DNA of 64,000 nucleotides from assembly GCA_965203175.1 (NCBI GenBank), contig OZ241867.1, positions 5,312,001-5,376,000 of the forward strand. Reading direction: 5' to 3'. The position numbers and the translations under genes were made by a program. This DNA comes from Candidatus Latescibacterota bacterium (GTDB lineage Bacteria > Latescibacterota > UBA2968 > UBA8231). The notes under the pieces are model-generated. The model saw only the letters and a program-made list of their open reading frames with translations. It was not told the DNA's origin and made no database searches. Shown here piece by piece: positions 37,935 to 47,087 of this stretch; position 1 is the first letter of the stretch, and the number at the start of each line of letters is the position of its first letter.

Positions 37935-39208
37935 ACAACTGCGAACATCTCAGCCGCGACGCGCTGGCGGAGCATCAACTCAACCGCCTGCATACCCTAC
38001 TAGACTCTGTGCTGGCGACGAACGCATTTTACCGCCAGAAACTCAACGCAGCCGGTATCACGCAGGCCGAGGACATCGCCCAACTCGACGACTTAGGCCG
38101 CCTCCCCTTCACCACCCGCGCCGAACTGTCTGCCGACCAAGTCGCCCATCCCCCCTATGGCACGAACCTCACCTATCCGCCCAAATGCTACACCCGCATC
38201 CACCAGACCTCCGGCACCACCGGTCAGCGACTGCGTTGGCTCGACACGGCTGAAAGCTGGGACTGGTGGGGCCGCTGCTGGGCCCAGGTCTATCGCGCCG
38301 CGGGCGTCGACGACCGCGACCGCATCTTCTTCGCCTTCTCCTTTGGCCCCTTCATCGGCTTCTGGAGCGGACACCAAGGAGCCAGCCACATCGGCGCGCT
38401 GATCGTCCCCGGCGGCGGCATGTCTTCGGCGCAGCGCCTAGACGCCATCATCGAAAACGAAATCACCGTCCTCGTCTGTACACCGACGTATGCCTTGCAC
38501 CTAGGAGAAGTCGCCCGCGAGCGCGGCCTCGACCTCGCCGCCAGCAGCGTACACACCACCATCCACGCGGGCGAGCCAGGCGCAAATCTCCCCGCTACCC
38601 GTGCCCAACTCGAGCGCACTTGGGGTGCCCGCTGCTTCGATCACGCCGGAGCCACCGAGGTCGGCGCTTGGGGTTTTGACTGCCGCGAACAGGCTGGCTT
38701 GCACCTCAACGAGGGCGAGTTCATCTGCGAGATCGTCGATCCGCAAAGCGATGCACCAGCCGATGAAGGCGAACTGGTCATCACCAATCTCGGCCGCACG
38801 GGCATGCCGGTTATCCGTTATCGCACCGGCGACCGCGTCGCCCTCAATCGCACGCCCTGCGACTGTGGCCGCACCTTCCAGCGGCTCCAAGGCGGCGTCA
38901 TCGGCCGCCTCGACGACGCCTTGCTCATCCGCGGCGTGGTCGTCTATCCCAGCGCCATCGAAAACGTCGTGCGCCAGTTCCCCGCAATCACCGAATTCGC
39001 CGTTGACGTCCACCGGCGCAAAGCACTGGACGAGTTGGAGGTGCGCCTAGAACTCAACGGCAATGCCAACGACACCGCCGACCAAGTAGCACGCGCCCTC
39101 GCCCACCGGCTCGGCCTGCGCGCCGACATCCAAATCGCCGCGCCGAACACCCTGCCGCGCTTTGAACTCAAAGCCCAGCGCTTCACCGATCACAGGAGCA
39201 ACCCGTGA
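37931..39208 (+). CDS. Phenylacetate-CoA ligase (PaaK) family acyl-CoA ligase
   Basis: Motifs LPFTT, QTSGTTG, AGEPG, GATE, RYRTGD, GRLDD and KAQRF. Confidence 0.9.
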   Translation: MNNCEHLSRDALAEHQLNRLHTLLDSVLATNAFYRQKLNAAGITQAEDIAQLDDLGRLPFTTRAELSADQVAHPPYGTNLTYPPKCYTRIHQTSGTTGQRLRWLDTAESWDWWGRCWAQVYRAAGVDDRDRIFFAFSFGPFIGFWSGHQGASHIGALIVPGGGMSSAQRLDAIIENEITVLVCTPTYALHLGEVARERGLDLAASSVHTTIHAGEPGANLPATRAQLERTWGARCFDHAGATEVGAWGFDCREQAGLHLNEGEFICEIVDPQSDAPADEGELVITNLGRTGMPVIRYRTGDRVALNRTPCDCGRTFQRLQGGVIGRLDDALLIRGVVVYPSAIENVVRQFPAITEFAVDVHRRKALDELEVRLELNGNANDTADQVARALAHRLGLRADIQIAAPNTLPRFELKAQRFTDHRSNP

Positions 39209-40461
39209 GCGACGTCATCGTCATCGGCGGCGGTCCCGCTGGCAGCACCGCAGCCGCCCTCGTCGCCGAAACCGGCCGCCAAGTCCGGCTCTTCGAGCGG
39301 GAGCAATTCCCCCGCTTCACAATCGGCGAGTCTCTGATGCCGGAGACCTATTGGACCTTCAAACGGCTCGGCGTGCTCGACCGACTCAGAGACAGCGCCT
39401 TCCCCCGCAAGCACAGCGTGCAGTTTTTCGGCAAGTCGGGTCGCGGCTCAACGCCCTTTTACTTTTCGGACACCAACCCCCACGAAAGCGCAATAACTTG
39501 GCAGGTCTTGCGCGGCCCATTCGACGCGATGCTCCTCGACAACGCCCGCGCCAAAGGTGCCCAAGTACATCAGGGTGCCCGGGTACTCGAAGTGCTGTTC
39601 GAGGGAGACCGCGCCACCGGCGTGCGCGCCAAACTCGCCGACGGCCAAACCCGCGATTTTGCCGCACAAGTCGTCGTCGATGCCACCGGCCAGAGCACGC
39701 TGATCGGCCGCAAGCTCAAGCTGACCCAACCCGAGCCCGAACTGAAGAAGGCATCGATCTACACCCACTATCGCGGCGGCCAGCGCGACGAGGGCATCGA
39801 CGAAGGCGCGACCTTGATCCTCCACACCGAGAACCGGGACTCTTGGTTCTGGTACATCCCCCTGCCCGACGACAAGGTCAGCGTCGGCGTGGTCGGCGCG
39901 ATCTCCTACTTGGTCCAAGGCCGCCGCGAAGACGCACAGACCATTTTCGATCAAGAGCTGGCCAAGTGCCGACCCATGCAGGAGCGCCTGCAAAACGCCG
40001 AGCAACTCTTTCCGGTCAAAACCACCAAGGACTTTTCCTATCGCGCCAGCCGCATCGCCGGCGAGGGCTGGGTACTGGTCGGCGATGCGTTCTGTTTTCT
40101 CGACCCGATGTACTCCTCGGGTGTGTACCTAGCCCTCAAATCCGGCGAGATGGCCGCCGACGCCATTGCCGAGGCGTTTGCCAAAGGCGACTTTTCTGCC
40201 GAGCAATTGGGCGGTTTCGGTCCCGAACTAGTGCGCGGCATGGAAGCGGTGCGCAAAATGGTGTACGCTTTCTACTCCAAGGACTTCAGCTTCGCCGAAT
40301 TCCTCAAACGCCATCCCGAATGCAAACAGGGGGTCATCGACGTCCTCAGCGGCAACCTCTTCAGCGAACGCGTCGATCCCATTTTCGGGCCGATGAGCGA
40401 GGTGTGCGAGATGCCCGCCGCCGTCCCCTTAACCCCACAACCTTCAGGAGCAACACCGTGA
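39205..40461 (+). CDS. FAD-dependent halogenase-type oxidoreductase
   Basis: Motifs GGGPAG, IGESL, FPRKHS (conserved Lys), WFWYIP (WxWxIP) and GDA.CFLDPMYSSGV. Confidence 0.85.
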   Translation: MSDVIVIGGGPAGSTAAALVAETGRQVRLFEREQFPRFTIGESLMPETYWTFKRLGVLDRLRDSAFPRKHSVQFFGKSGRGSTPFYFSDTNPHESAITWQVLRGPFDAMLLDNARAKGAQVHQGARVLEVLFEGDRATGVRAKLADGQTRDFAAQVVVDATGQSTLIGRKLKLTQPEPELKKASIYTHYRGGQRDEGIDEGATLILHTENRDSWFWYIPLPDDKVSVGVVGAISYLVQGRREDAQTIFDQELAKCRPMQERLQNAEQLFPVKTTKDFSYRASRIAGEGWVLVGDAFCFLDPMYSSGVYLALKSGEMAADAIAEAFAKGDFSAEQLGGFGPELVRGMEAVRKMVYAFYSKDFSFAEFLKRHPECKQGVIDVLSGNLFSERVDPIFGPMSEVCEMPAAVPLTPQPSGATP

Positions 40462-40682
40462 ACGCCACCGTCCGTCGGCTCCTCTACTTGGGGCTTTTCG
40501 TCCTCTATCTCCTGCATAACGACCTCTGGCTCTGGAACGATCCGCGCATCGTCTTGGGGCTGCCCATCGGCTTGCTCTACCATATCGGCTTCTGCGTGGC
40601 CGCTACCGGGCTGATGATCTTGCTGGTCAACTACGCTTGGCCGTCCGAGTTAGACGCAGAGGACGAGGAGCAAGCCGCATGA
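40458..40682 (+). CDS. DUF3311-type small membrane protein (symporter partner)
   Basis: GTG at 40458. LHNDLWLW...LGLP two-TM protein directly before the SSS gene. Confidence 0.8.
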   Translation: MNATVRRLLYLGLFVLYLLHNDLWLWNDPRIVLGLPIGLLYHIGFCVAATGLMILLVNYAWPSELDAEDEEQAA

Positions 40683-42133
40683 CCACGATCATCATCTTAT
40701 GCTACCTCGGCCTAGTACTCTGCATCGGCGTCCTCTCCAATCGCTTCTTTCGCGGCACCGGCGAGGACTACTTCGTCGCCAGCCGCTCCATCGGTCCCTT
40801 CCTGCTGCTGATGTCGCTGTTTGGCACCAACATGACCGCGTTCGCCATTTTGGGAGCCTCCGGCGAAGCCTATCACACGGGTATCGGCGTCTTCGCCCTG
40901 ATGCCTTCGGGCGCGGCCCTGATTATTCCCACCGTCTTCTTCTTCATCGGCACCCGCGTCTGGGCACTCGGCAAGCGCCACAACCTCCTCACGCAGGTCC
41001 AGTACTTCCGCCGCCGCTGGGACTCCGACGGCTTGGGGCTCCTGCTCTTCGTCGTCATGATCGCGCTGCTGATACCCTACCTGCTCATCGGCGTCATGGG
41101 CGGCGGCATCACCCTCGCTCAAGTCACCAAGGGGCAGATTCCCCAGTGGGCCGGCGGCCTGCTGGTCTGCTTGGTGGTGCTGGCCTACGTCAGCTTCGGT
41201 GGCATGCGTGGCACCGCCTGGGCCAACGCCTTCCAAACGCTGGTTTTTATGATCCTCGGCGGCGTGACCTTCTTCGTCATCGTCGATAAGCTGGGTGGGC
41301 TAGACAGCGCGCTAGCGCAAGTCGCGGCCGCGCACCCCGAGCTGCTGATCAAAGGGGACAATATCAGTCCAATCAAACTGTTGACCTACACCTGCATCCC
41401 GCTGTCAGTGGGCATGTTCCCCCACCTCTTCACCCATTGGCTGACCGCTAAAAGTGCCCGCACCTTTCGCTATCCGCTGATGTTCTACCCTCTGTGCATC
41501 GCCATCGTCTGGATCCCCAGCGTGCTCTTGGGAATCTTCGGCAGCATTGACTTCCCCGGTCTCAAGGGAGCAGCCGCCAACTCCGTGCTAGTCAAGATGA
41601 TCGACCTACACGCCCCTGGTGCCCTAGCCGGCCTGCTCGCCGCCGGGGTCTTTGCCGCCATCATGTCGTCGCTCGACTCGCAGGTGCTGTCCATCAGCAA
41701 CATGTTCACCCAAGATGTCGTCCGCCACTACCGCAAAGGCGACGAGTTAAGCGAAAAGGCCCAAGTCCTGTGGGGCCGCCTCTTCGTGATCGCCATCTTC
41801 GCCGTTACCTACGTGCTCTCGCTGGTCTCAGCCCGCAGCATCTTCACCCTCGCCGTCTGGTCCTTCACCGGCTTTGCAGCGCTCTTCCCGGTAGTCGTCG
41901 CCGCCCTGTTCTGGAAGCGCAGCACCAAGTACGGTGCCTTTGCCTCCGTGCTCACCGTGGCCGCGCTGTGGTGCTATTTCTTCTTTCAGGGGTGGAAAAT
42001 CCCCGGCTATACGGTCGGCATGACCGGGGTAATGCCGGTGGTAGTGATCCTCGCCGCTTCTGCCGTAGCCATGGTCGTCGGCTCACTGCTGACCAAGCCA
42101 CCGGCCAAAAGCACCGTCGATAAATTCTTCTAG
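40679..42133 (+). CDS. Sodium:solute symporter
   Basis: Motifs DYFVASRSIG, GGMRGTAW and AAIMSSLDS; about 13 TM segments. Confidence 0.93.
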   Translation: MTTIIILCYLGLVLCIGVLSNRFFRGTGEDYFVASRSIGPFLLLMSLFGTNMTAFAILGASGEAYHTGIGVFALMPSGAALIIPTVFFFIGTRVWALGKRHNLLTQVQYFRRRWDSDGLGLLLFVVMIALLIPYLLIGVMGGGITLAQVTKGQIPQWAGGLLVCLVVLAYVSFGGMRGTAWANAFQTLVFMILGGVTFFVIVDKLGGLDSALAQVAAAHPELLIKGDNISPIKLLTYTCIPLSVGMFPHLFTHWLTAKSARTFRYPLMFYPLCIAIVWIPSVLLGIFGSIDFPGLKGAAANSVLVKMIDLHAPGALAGLLAAGVFAAIMSSLDSQVLSISNMFTQDVVRHYRKGDELSEKAQVLWGRLFVIAIFAVTYVLSLVSARSIFTLAVWSFTGFAALFPVVVAALFWKRSTKYGAFASVLTVAALWCYFFFQGWKIPGYTVGMTGVMPVVVILAASAVAMVVGSLLTKPPAKSTVDKFF

Positions 42134-42135
42134 CG

Positions 42136-43419
42136 ATGCGCGTCGCCTACATCACGGCCGGTGCCGCCAGTATGTACTGCGGTAGCTGCATCCACGACAA
42201 CGCGCTCGCTGCCGCCCTCTCGCGCCGCAATGCCGATGTCGCCCTGATCCCGACCTATACGCCGCTGCGCACGGACGAAGAAAACGTCTCGCTGGACCGC
42301 GTCTTCTACGGCGGCGTCAGCATCTTCCTGCAACAGCAGTGGTCGTTTTTTCGCCGTACGCATCGCCTCTTCGACCGCGTCCTCGACTCGCCGTTTCTAA
42401 TCCGCACCCTCGCGCGCTTTGGCTCCTCTACCAACGCCCGCGACCTAGGACCGCTCACCGTCTCAATCCTCGCCGGCGAAGAGGGCAATCAACAAAAGGA
42501 ACTCACCCGCCTCATCGCTTGGCTCCAGCGCGACTTCAAACCCGACCTCATCCAGCTAACCAACGCCATGTTCGTCGGCATGGCCCGGCAATTAAAAGCA
42601 CAACTCGGGGTCCCGGTCCTCTGCGCCCTCCAAGGTGAGGACCTGTTCTTAGACGGCCTGCCCGAACCCTCGAAGACCCAAGCCCTAGATACCCTACGCC
42701 AACGCACCCAAGACATCGACGCCTTCATCGCCCCGTGTGCGTATTACCAAGAACACATGGCCGAGTACTTACAGATACCGCGCACAAAAATCCACGTGGT
42801 GCCGCTCGGCCTCAATCTGACCGGACACGGCCAAGAGCCACCGCCCACCGACGGCCCCTACAAAATCGGCTACCTCGCCCGCATCTGTCCTGAAAAGGGC
42901 TTTCACCTACTCGTCGATGCCTTCCAGCAGTTAAAAGCGCAACCCGAGTTTGCCTCCCTCCGCCTCGAAGCCGCAGGCTACCTCAGCGCGTACGACAAGC
43001 CCTACTTTGCCGAGCAGGTGCAAAAAATCCGCCGCTGGGGACTAGCCGATTCGTTCACCTACCACGGCGAAGTCGATCGCCGCGAAAAAATCCGCTTCCT
43101 CTCCTCGCTCCACGTCTTCTCCGTACCCTCGGTTTACGCCGACCCCAAAGGTCTATCTATCCTCGAAGCCTTAGCCAACGGCATCCCGGTCATCCAGCCC
43201 GACCACGGCGCGTTCCCCGAACTGATCGCAGCCACCAGCGGCGGTCTCCTCGTCGCACCCCATTCCCCGAAGATCCTAGCCAACGAGCTTGCCGCCTTGC
43301 TACGCGACGAACAGCGGAGACGCCAGCTCGGACAGACCGGCCAAGAGGCGGTCCACAGTCGCTTCCACGCCGATGCCATGGCTGAGGGGACGCTCGCCGT
43401 GTATGAGCAGTATCTGTAG
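42136..43419 (+). CDS. Glycosyltransferase family 4 (GT-B) with N-terminal CxxC
   Basis: Motifs ARICPEKG, DPKGLSILEALANGIPVI and GAFPE. N-terminal MYCGSC. Confidence 0.88.
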   Translation: MRVAYITAGAASMYCGSCIHDNALAAALSRRNADVALIPTYTPLRTDEENVSLDRVFYGGVSIFLQQQWSFFRRTHRLFDRVLDSPFLIRTLARFGSSTNARDLGPLTVSILAGEEGNQQKELTRLIAWLQRDFKPDLIQLTNAMFVGMARQLKAQLGVPVLCALQGEDLFLDGLPEPSKTQALDTLRQRTQDIDAFIAPCAYYQEHMAEYLQIPRTKIHVVPLGLNLTGHGQEPPPTDGPYKIGYLARICPEKGFHLLVDAFQQLKAQPEFASLRLEAAGYLSAYDKPYFAEQVQKIRRWGLADSFTYHGEVDRREKIRFLSSLHVFSVPSVYADPKGLSILEALANGIPVIQPDHGAFPELIAATSGGLLVAPHSPKILANELAALLRDEQRRRQLGQTGQEAVHSRFHADAMAEGTLAVYEQYL

Positions 43420-43461
43420 AAAGAGATCGACAACAACTATAGGGTGACGTAGTGCTGACCA

Positions 43462-43736
43462 TTGGTCAGGGCTAGTGTTTTGACAGATTTACGATTAAAT
43501 CGTAAATCTGCCGGTCGCAAGACCGGCCATGAGGTTGATCTACTGGTGGAACAAGGATCGGCGCTCTACCCAATTGAGATCAAGTCTGGACAAACGGTCG
43601 GCTCGGATGCGTTCACCGCACTTACATGGTGGAGCCGCACCGCCGACAGAATCTTGCGAATGCTTCGCTGATCTATGGCGGCGACCGCGCGTACCGGCGC
43701 AACAAAGTGGCGGTGCAGCCGTGGTTTGCTATTTGA
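43462..43736 (+). pseudogene. Fragment of AAA ATPase/DUF4143 gene (C-terminal PD-(D/E)xK part, frameshifted)
   Basis: GHEVDLLVE...PIEIKSGQT in one frame, continuing LIYGGDRAYRRNKVAVQPW in another. N-terminal ATPase absent. Confidence 0.7.
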
Positions 43737-43860
43737 AGAAAATTTTCCTACCCACGAAATTCCCTATACTATACTTATGATCACTTGGTCTCCTAAAGGC
43801 GGGTCGGCAAAAAGCCTTATGGCGCGTATGAAGGGAATCAACTAACCTCGGAGTGCAAAT

Positions 43861-44097
43861 ATGACCCATCCCGAACTCCTCAAGCGCATCACGGTGCGTC
43901 CAGATATTTTTGATGGCAAGCCCATTATTCGCGACATGCGTATCTCGGTGGAACTTATCCTGAGCTTGTTAGCCCAAGGTGTAAAGCCAGAGGCCATTTT
44001 AGCCGATTACCCCGAACTCGAAGAAGCCGACCTACAGGCGTGTGTTGCCTACGCGCACGCGGTGAAACACTACCCCGATGCGATGCCGAGACTTTGA
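43861..44097 (+). CDS. DUF433 family antitoxin, no adjacent toxin
   Basis: Motifs GKPIIRDMRISV and ILADYPELEEADL. Confidence 0.88.
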   Translation: MTHPELLKRITVRPDIFDGKPIIRDMRISVELILSLLAQGVKPEAILADYPELEEADLQACVAYAHAVKHYPDAMPRL

Positions 44098-44100
44098 GCG

Positions 44101-44994
44101 TTAAATCTTCCCTGCAGCAATAAATTCCCGCAACAGTCCCAAGAAAGCCTCTGTCGCCGGCGAACGCCGTCGCTGCCGGTGCTCGATTAGGCCTATTTGG
44201 CGTTTGGCCAATCCATTGACCTGTATAGCGCGCACTTTCCCTGCGGCGACTTCTGCTTCCACCGCCACCTCTGGCACCAGCGCAATACCCAACCCAATCT
44301 CCACGTAGCGCTTGATAATCTCGATCCCGCCGAGGGTCATTTCGACCTGCAACGCCAAGCCCTCCCGCTGGAAAACCTCGTCGAGCAACTGCCGGCTAGT
44401 GCTCCCGCGTTCCAAGACCAGAAACGGATATTCGGCAAGCTGTTTGAGCCCTATCCTACGCCTTTTGCCCAGCGCGTGGTCCGGAGGACAAATGAGTACA
44501 TCCCGCCGCTCGAAAAGCGACTCGCTGACCAAGTCGCGGTGCTTGACCGGTAATGTCGCCAACCCGAACTCCACTTCGTCGTTGAGCACTAGGTTACTCA
44601 CCTCCGGCGACATTCGATTGCGGATGTCTAACTCGACCGCTGGGTAGCGAGTTCGGAACTCGGCGAGCACGTTGGGCAAAACATAGGTGCAGTTGGTATC
44701 GCTAGTCCCGATCGCCAGTCGCCCGCGCAAAACCTGCTTGAGCGCCGCAATATCGTCGCGCGCCTTCTCCAGCCGGGAGAGAACCTCTTTCGCATGAGCA
44801 AAGAGAATCTCGCCGGCCGGCGTCAGACGGAACTGTCGCCTATTGCGCTCAAGTAGGATCTCGTCCAGTTCGTTCTCCAATGCCTTGATCTGCAGGCTGA
44901 TGGCCGGCTGAGTCAGAAAGAGTTTATCGGCCGCCCGCGTAAAGCTCTGCTCGCGGACGATTTCGTAGAAACTGCGCAATTGGTAGAGATCCAT
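44101..44994 (-). CDS. LysR family transcriptional regulator
   Basis: SFTRAADKLFLTQPAISLQIKALE HTH followed by a substrate-binding domain. Confidence 0.95.
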   Translation of the reverse strand: MDLYQLRSFYEIVREQSFTRAADKLFLTQPAISLQIKALENELDEILLERNRRQFRLTPAGEILFAHAKEVLSRLEKARDDIAALKQVLRGRLAIGTSDTNCTYVLPNVLAEFRTRYPAVELDIRNRMSPEVSNLVLNDEVEFGLATLPVKHRDLVSESLFERRDVLICPPDHALGKRRRIGLKQLAEYPFLVLERGSTSRQLLDEVFQREGLALQVEMTLGGIEIIKRYVEIGLGIALVPEVAVEAEVAAGKVRAIQVNGLAKRQIGLIEHRQRRRSPATEAFLGLLREFIAAGKI

Positions 44995-45000
44995 TCGGAG

Positions 45001-45056
45001 TCCTTTATTTATATTATTTATTCTAAAGATAATATATATAAATTTTTATTATGCTA
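45001..45056. promoter_or_regulatory. AT-rich divergent promoter / LysR-binding region
   Basis: Very AT-rich stretch with an ATAAT...ATTAT dyad between divergent lysR and purA-like genes. Confidence 0.45.
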
Positions 45057-45113
45057 CAATTTCACTTATCGTCAGAGGCGTCAACCAATTCACTCTTTAA
45101 AAGGAGGTGCGCC

Positions 45114-46133
45114 ATGAGCGCCATCATCGTCGTTGACGCCTTCTGGGGCGATTCGGGTAAAGGCAAGGTCGCCGCCTTCCTCGCACAAAAACACCAAGCC
45201 GCCTACAGTGTCCGAGCCGGGGTCGGTACCAATGCCGGGCACAGTATCCTCTTTGCCGACGGCAGCGAGATTCGCACTCGGCAGTTACCCTGCGGCTTTC
45301 TCCATCCCGATACGCAACTGCGCGTCGGCAGCGGCGTCGCCGTCGATCCCGAGCAGTTTTTTGCCGAACTAGATCTACTAGACCCGAGCTATGGGCTGCG
45401 CGAGCGGACCCGCGTCGATTACCGCTGCCCGCTGATCCTGCCCGAGTACCGCCAACGCGAAGAAACCGACAGCTTTCTGCAGGAACACGGCACCACCGCC
45501 AGCGGCAGCGGCGTCGCCCGCGCCGAATTCGCCCTGCGCAAAGCGCGCCAAGCCCGCGACGAGGACATCCTCGCAGATTACACCGCCGACGTAGCCCGCG
45601 AACTCAACGAGAGCTGCCTGCGCGGTGAAACCATCGTCGTCGAGGGCAGCCAAGGCACCCACCTGTCGCTAGCCCTGAGCGATGACTATCCCGACTGCAC
45701 CTCGGACAACTGCACCACCGCCGCCTTTGCCGATGACGTCGGACTCAACTGGCGTCACATCGAAGAAGTCTGCTTGGTGGTCAAAGCACTGCCTAGCCGC
45801 GTCGGCACTGGCCCCCTACCACTGCAATTGACGCTAGCAGAAGAGGAATGCCGGGGCCTCGCCGAATACGGCGTGGCGACCGGGCGACGGCGGCGCAAAG
45901 CCTCGGGTATCTCTTGGCCTCATTTGGAAACAGCCGTCCTACTCAACGGTCCCACCCAGTTGGCCTTAACCTTCTGCGACCACCTCGACCCCGAGGTCAC
46001 CGGCGCACGCCAGCACAGCGCATTGACCGCGCCCATCCGACACCTCATCGACGAACTAGAGACGCGATTTAACATCCCCGTATCGCTCTGCGATTGTGGG
46101 GTACACTTCGAGAACCTCGTCGAGATCGCATGA
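45114..46133 (+). CDS. purA: Adenylosuccinate synthetase, short archaeal-type
   Basis: AGGAGG RBS, 339 aa. Motifs WGDSGKG, GVGTNAGH, GTTASG, EGSQG, SRVG and EYGVATGRRR. Confidence 0.8.
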   Translation: MSAIIVVDAFWGDSGKGKVAAFLAQKHQAAYSVRAGVGTNAGHSILFADGSEIRTRQLPCGFLHPDTQLRVGSGVAVDPEQFFAELDLLDPSYGLRERTRVDYRCPLILPEYRQREETDSFLQEHGTTASGSGVARAEFALRKARQARDEDILADYTADVARELNESCLRGETIVVEGSQGTHLSLALSDDYPDCTSDNCTTAAFADDVGLNWRHIEEVCLVVKALPSRVGTGPLPLQLTLAEEECRGLAEYGVATGRRRRKASGISWPHLETAVLLNGPTQLALTFCDHLDPEVTGARQHSALTAPIRHLIDELETRFNIPVSLCDCGVHFENLVEIA

Positions 46134-46198
46134 CCCTCGACAGCAGCGAGTCTCCTAACCACATTATGTGCGAAACGCGCAAGCGAAAGGATTATCCC

Positions 46199-46669
46199 AT
46201 GACTTGGCTCGTATTCGCACTCCTCACTGTCTCTTGTTGGGGTCTCTACGGCGTCCTGCTACACACCGGCCAGATCGCCATGGCCGATCCGGTAAACGGC
46301 CGCTACAAAGCCTTCCTCTTCGTCGGCTTGGCCTACCTGCTCACCGCGGTCTTCGGTTCGCTGATCGTCCTAGCCTACAATGGCGCGAGTTGGATCTACC
46401 CGGCTAAGGGCGTCTTCTGGTCCACCGCCGCTGGCATCGCCGGAGCCATCGGCGCATTGGGCGTCCTCCTCGCCTTCGGGGCCAGGGGAACGCCGGCCGT
46501 GGTCATGTCCATCGTCTTTGCCGGTGCTCCCATCGTCAACGCGGTCGTCGCCGTGCTCGTGCATCCGCCCGCTGGCGGCTGGGCAGCCGTGCGTTGGCCC
46601 TTTGTCCTCGGCATCGTCTTGGCCGCTATGGGCGGCTGCCTAGTCACTTTCTTCCGACCCGGCAACTGA
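46199..46669 (+). CDS. DMT/EamA-like small membrane protein
   Basis: Five TM segments; motifs WGLYG and VMSIVFAGAPIVN. Confidence 0.75.
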   Translation: MTWLVFALLTVSCWGLYGVLLHTGQIAMADPVNGRYKAFLFVGLAYLLTAVFGSLIVLAYNGASWIYPAKGVFWSTAAGIAGAIGALGVLLAFGARGTPAVVMSIVFAGAPIVNAVVAVLVHPPAGGWAAVRWPFVLGIVLAAMGGCLVTFFRPGN

Positions 46670-46670
46670 C

Positions 46671-47087
46671 GTGTCCGTCGAATTCCACACCTGCCGCCGC
46701 GTCGAGTGGGCCGACACCGATCAGGCTGGCATCGTCCATTTTGCGCGCTTCTTCGTCTTCATGGAAGCCGCTGAGCACGCCTTCTGGCGCAGCTTGGATC
46801 TGAGCGTCCACAGTCAACGCGACGGCGACATCATTAGCTGGCCTCGCCTCGTCGCCGAATGCGAGTACTTCCGCCCCGTCTCCTTTGAGGATATCCTCGA
46901 CATCCATGTACACCTCGAAAAACAGGGCGAGAAGTCTCTCAGCTTTCGCTTCGACTTCCACTGCGGAGACGAACATATAGCCCAAGGCCGACTCAAGATC
47001 GCCTGCTGCGTCTGCAATCCGGGCGAGGCCATCCGCGCCATCCCCATCCCGAACTTTATCACCCGCAAACTGGCGGCGCACCTATGA
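46671..47087 (+). CDS. Hotdog acyl-CoA thioesterase (4HBT/YbgC family)
   Basis: Motif RVEWADTDQAGIVHFARFFVFME. Confidence 0.9.
   Translation: MSVEFHTCRRVEWADTDQAGIVHFARFFVFMEAAEHAFWRSLDLSVHSQRDGDIISWPRLVAECEYFRPVSFEDILDIHVHLEKQGEKSLSFRFDFHCGDEHIAQGRLKIACCVCNPGEAIRAIPIPNFITRKLAAHL

Noticed and set aside
39162-40457. 506-aa ORF 39162-40682 and similar long Arg/Pro-rich or antisense ORFs (e.g. 9808-10716, 6470-7249)
   Set aside because: These are shadow frames of GC-rich genes. Only the last 74 codons (40458-40682) form a real protein.
45114-46133. PurZ (2-aminoadenine, Z-genome) assignment
   Set aside because: The catalytic Asp of the GDxGKG loop is retained (PurZ has Ser there), and there is no phage context or dATPase/MazZ gene.
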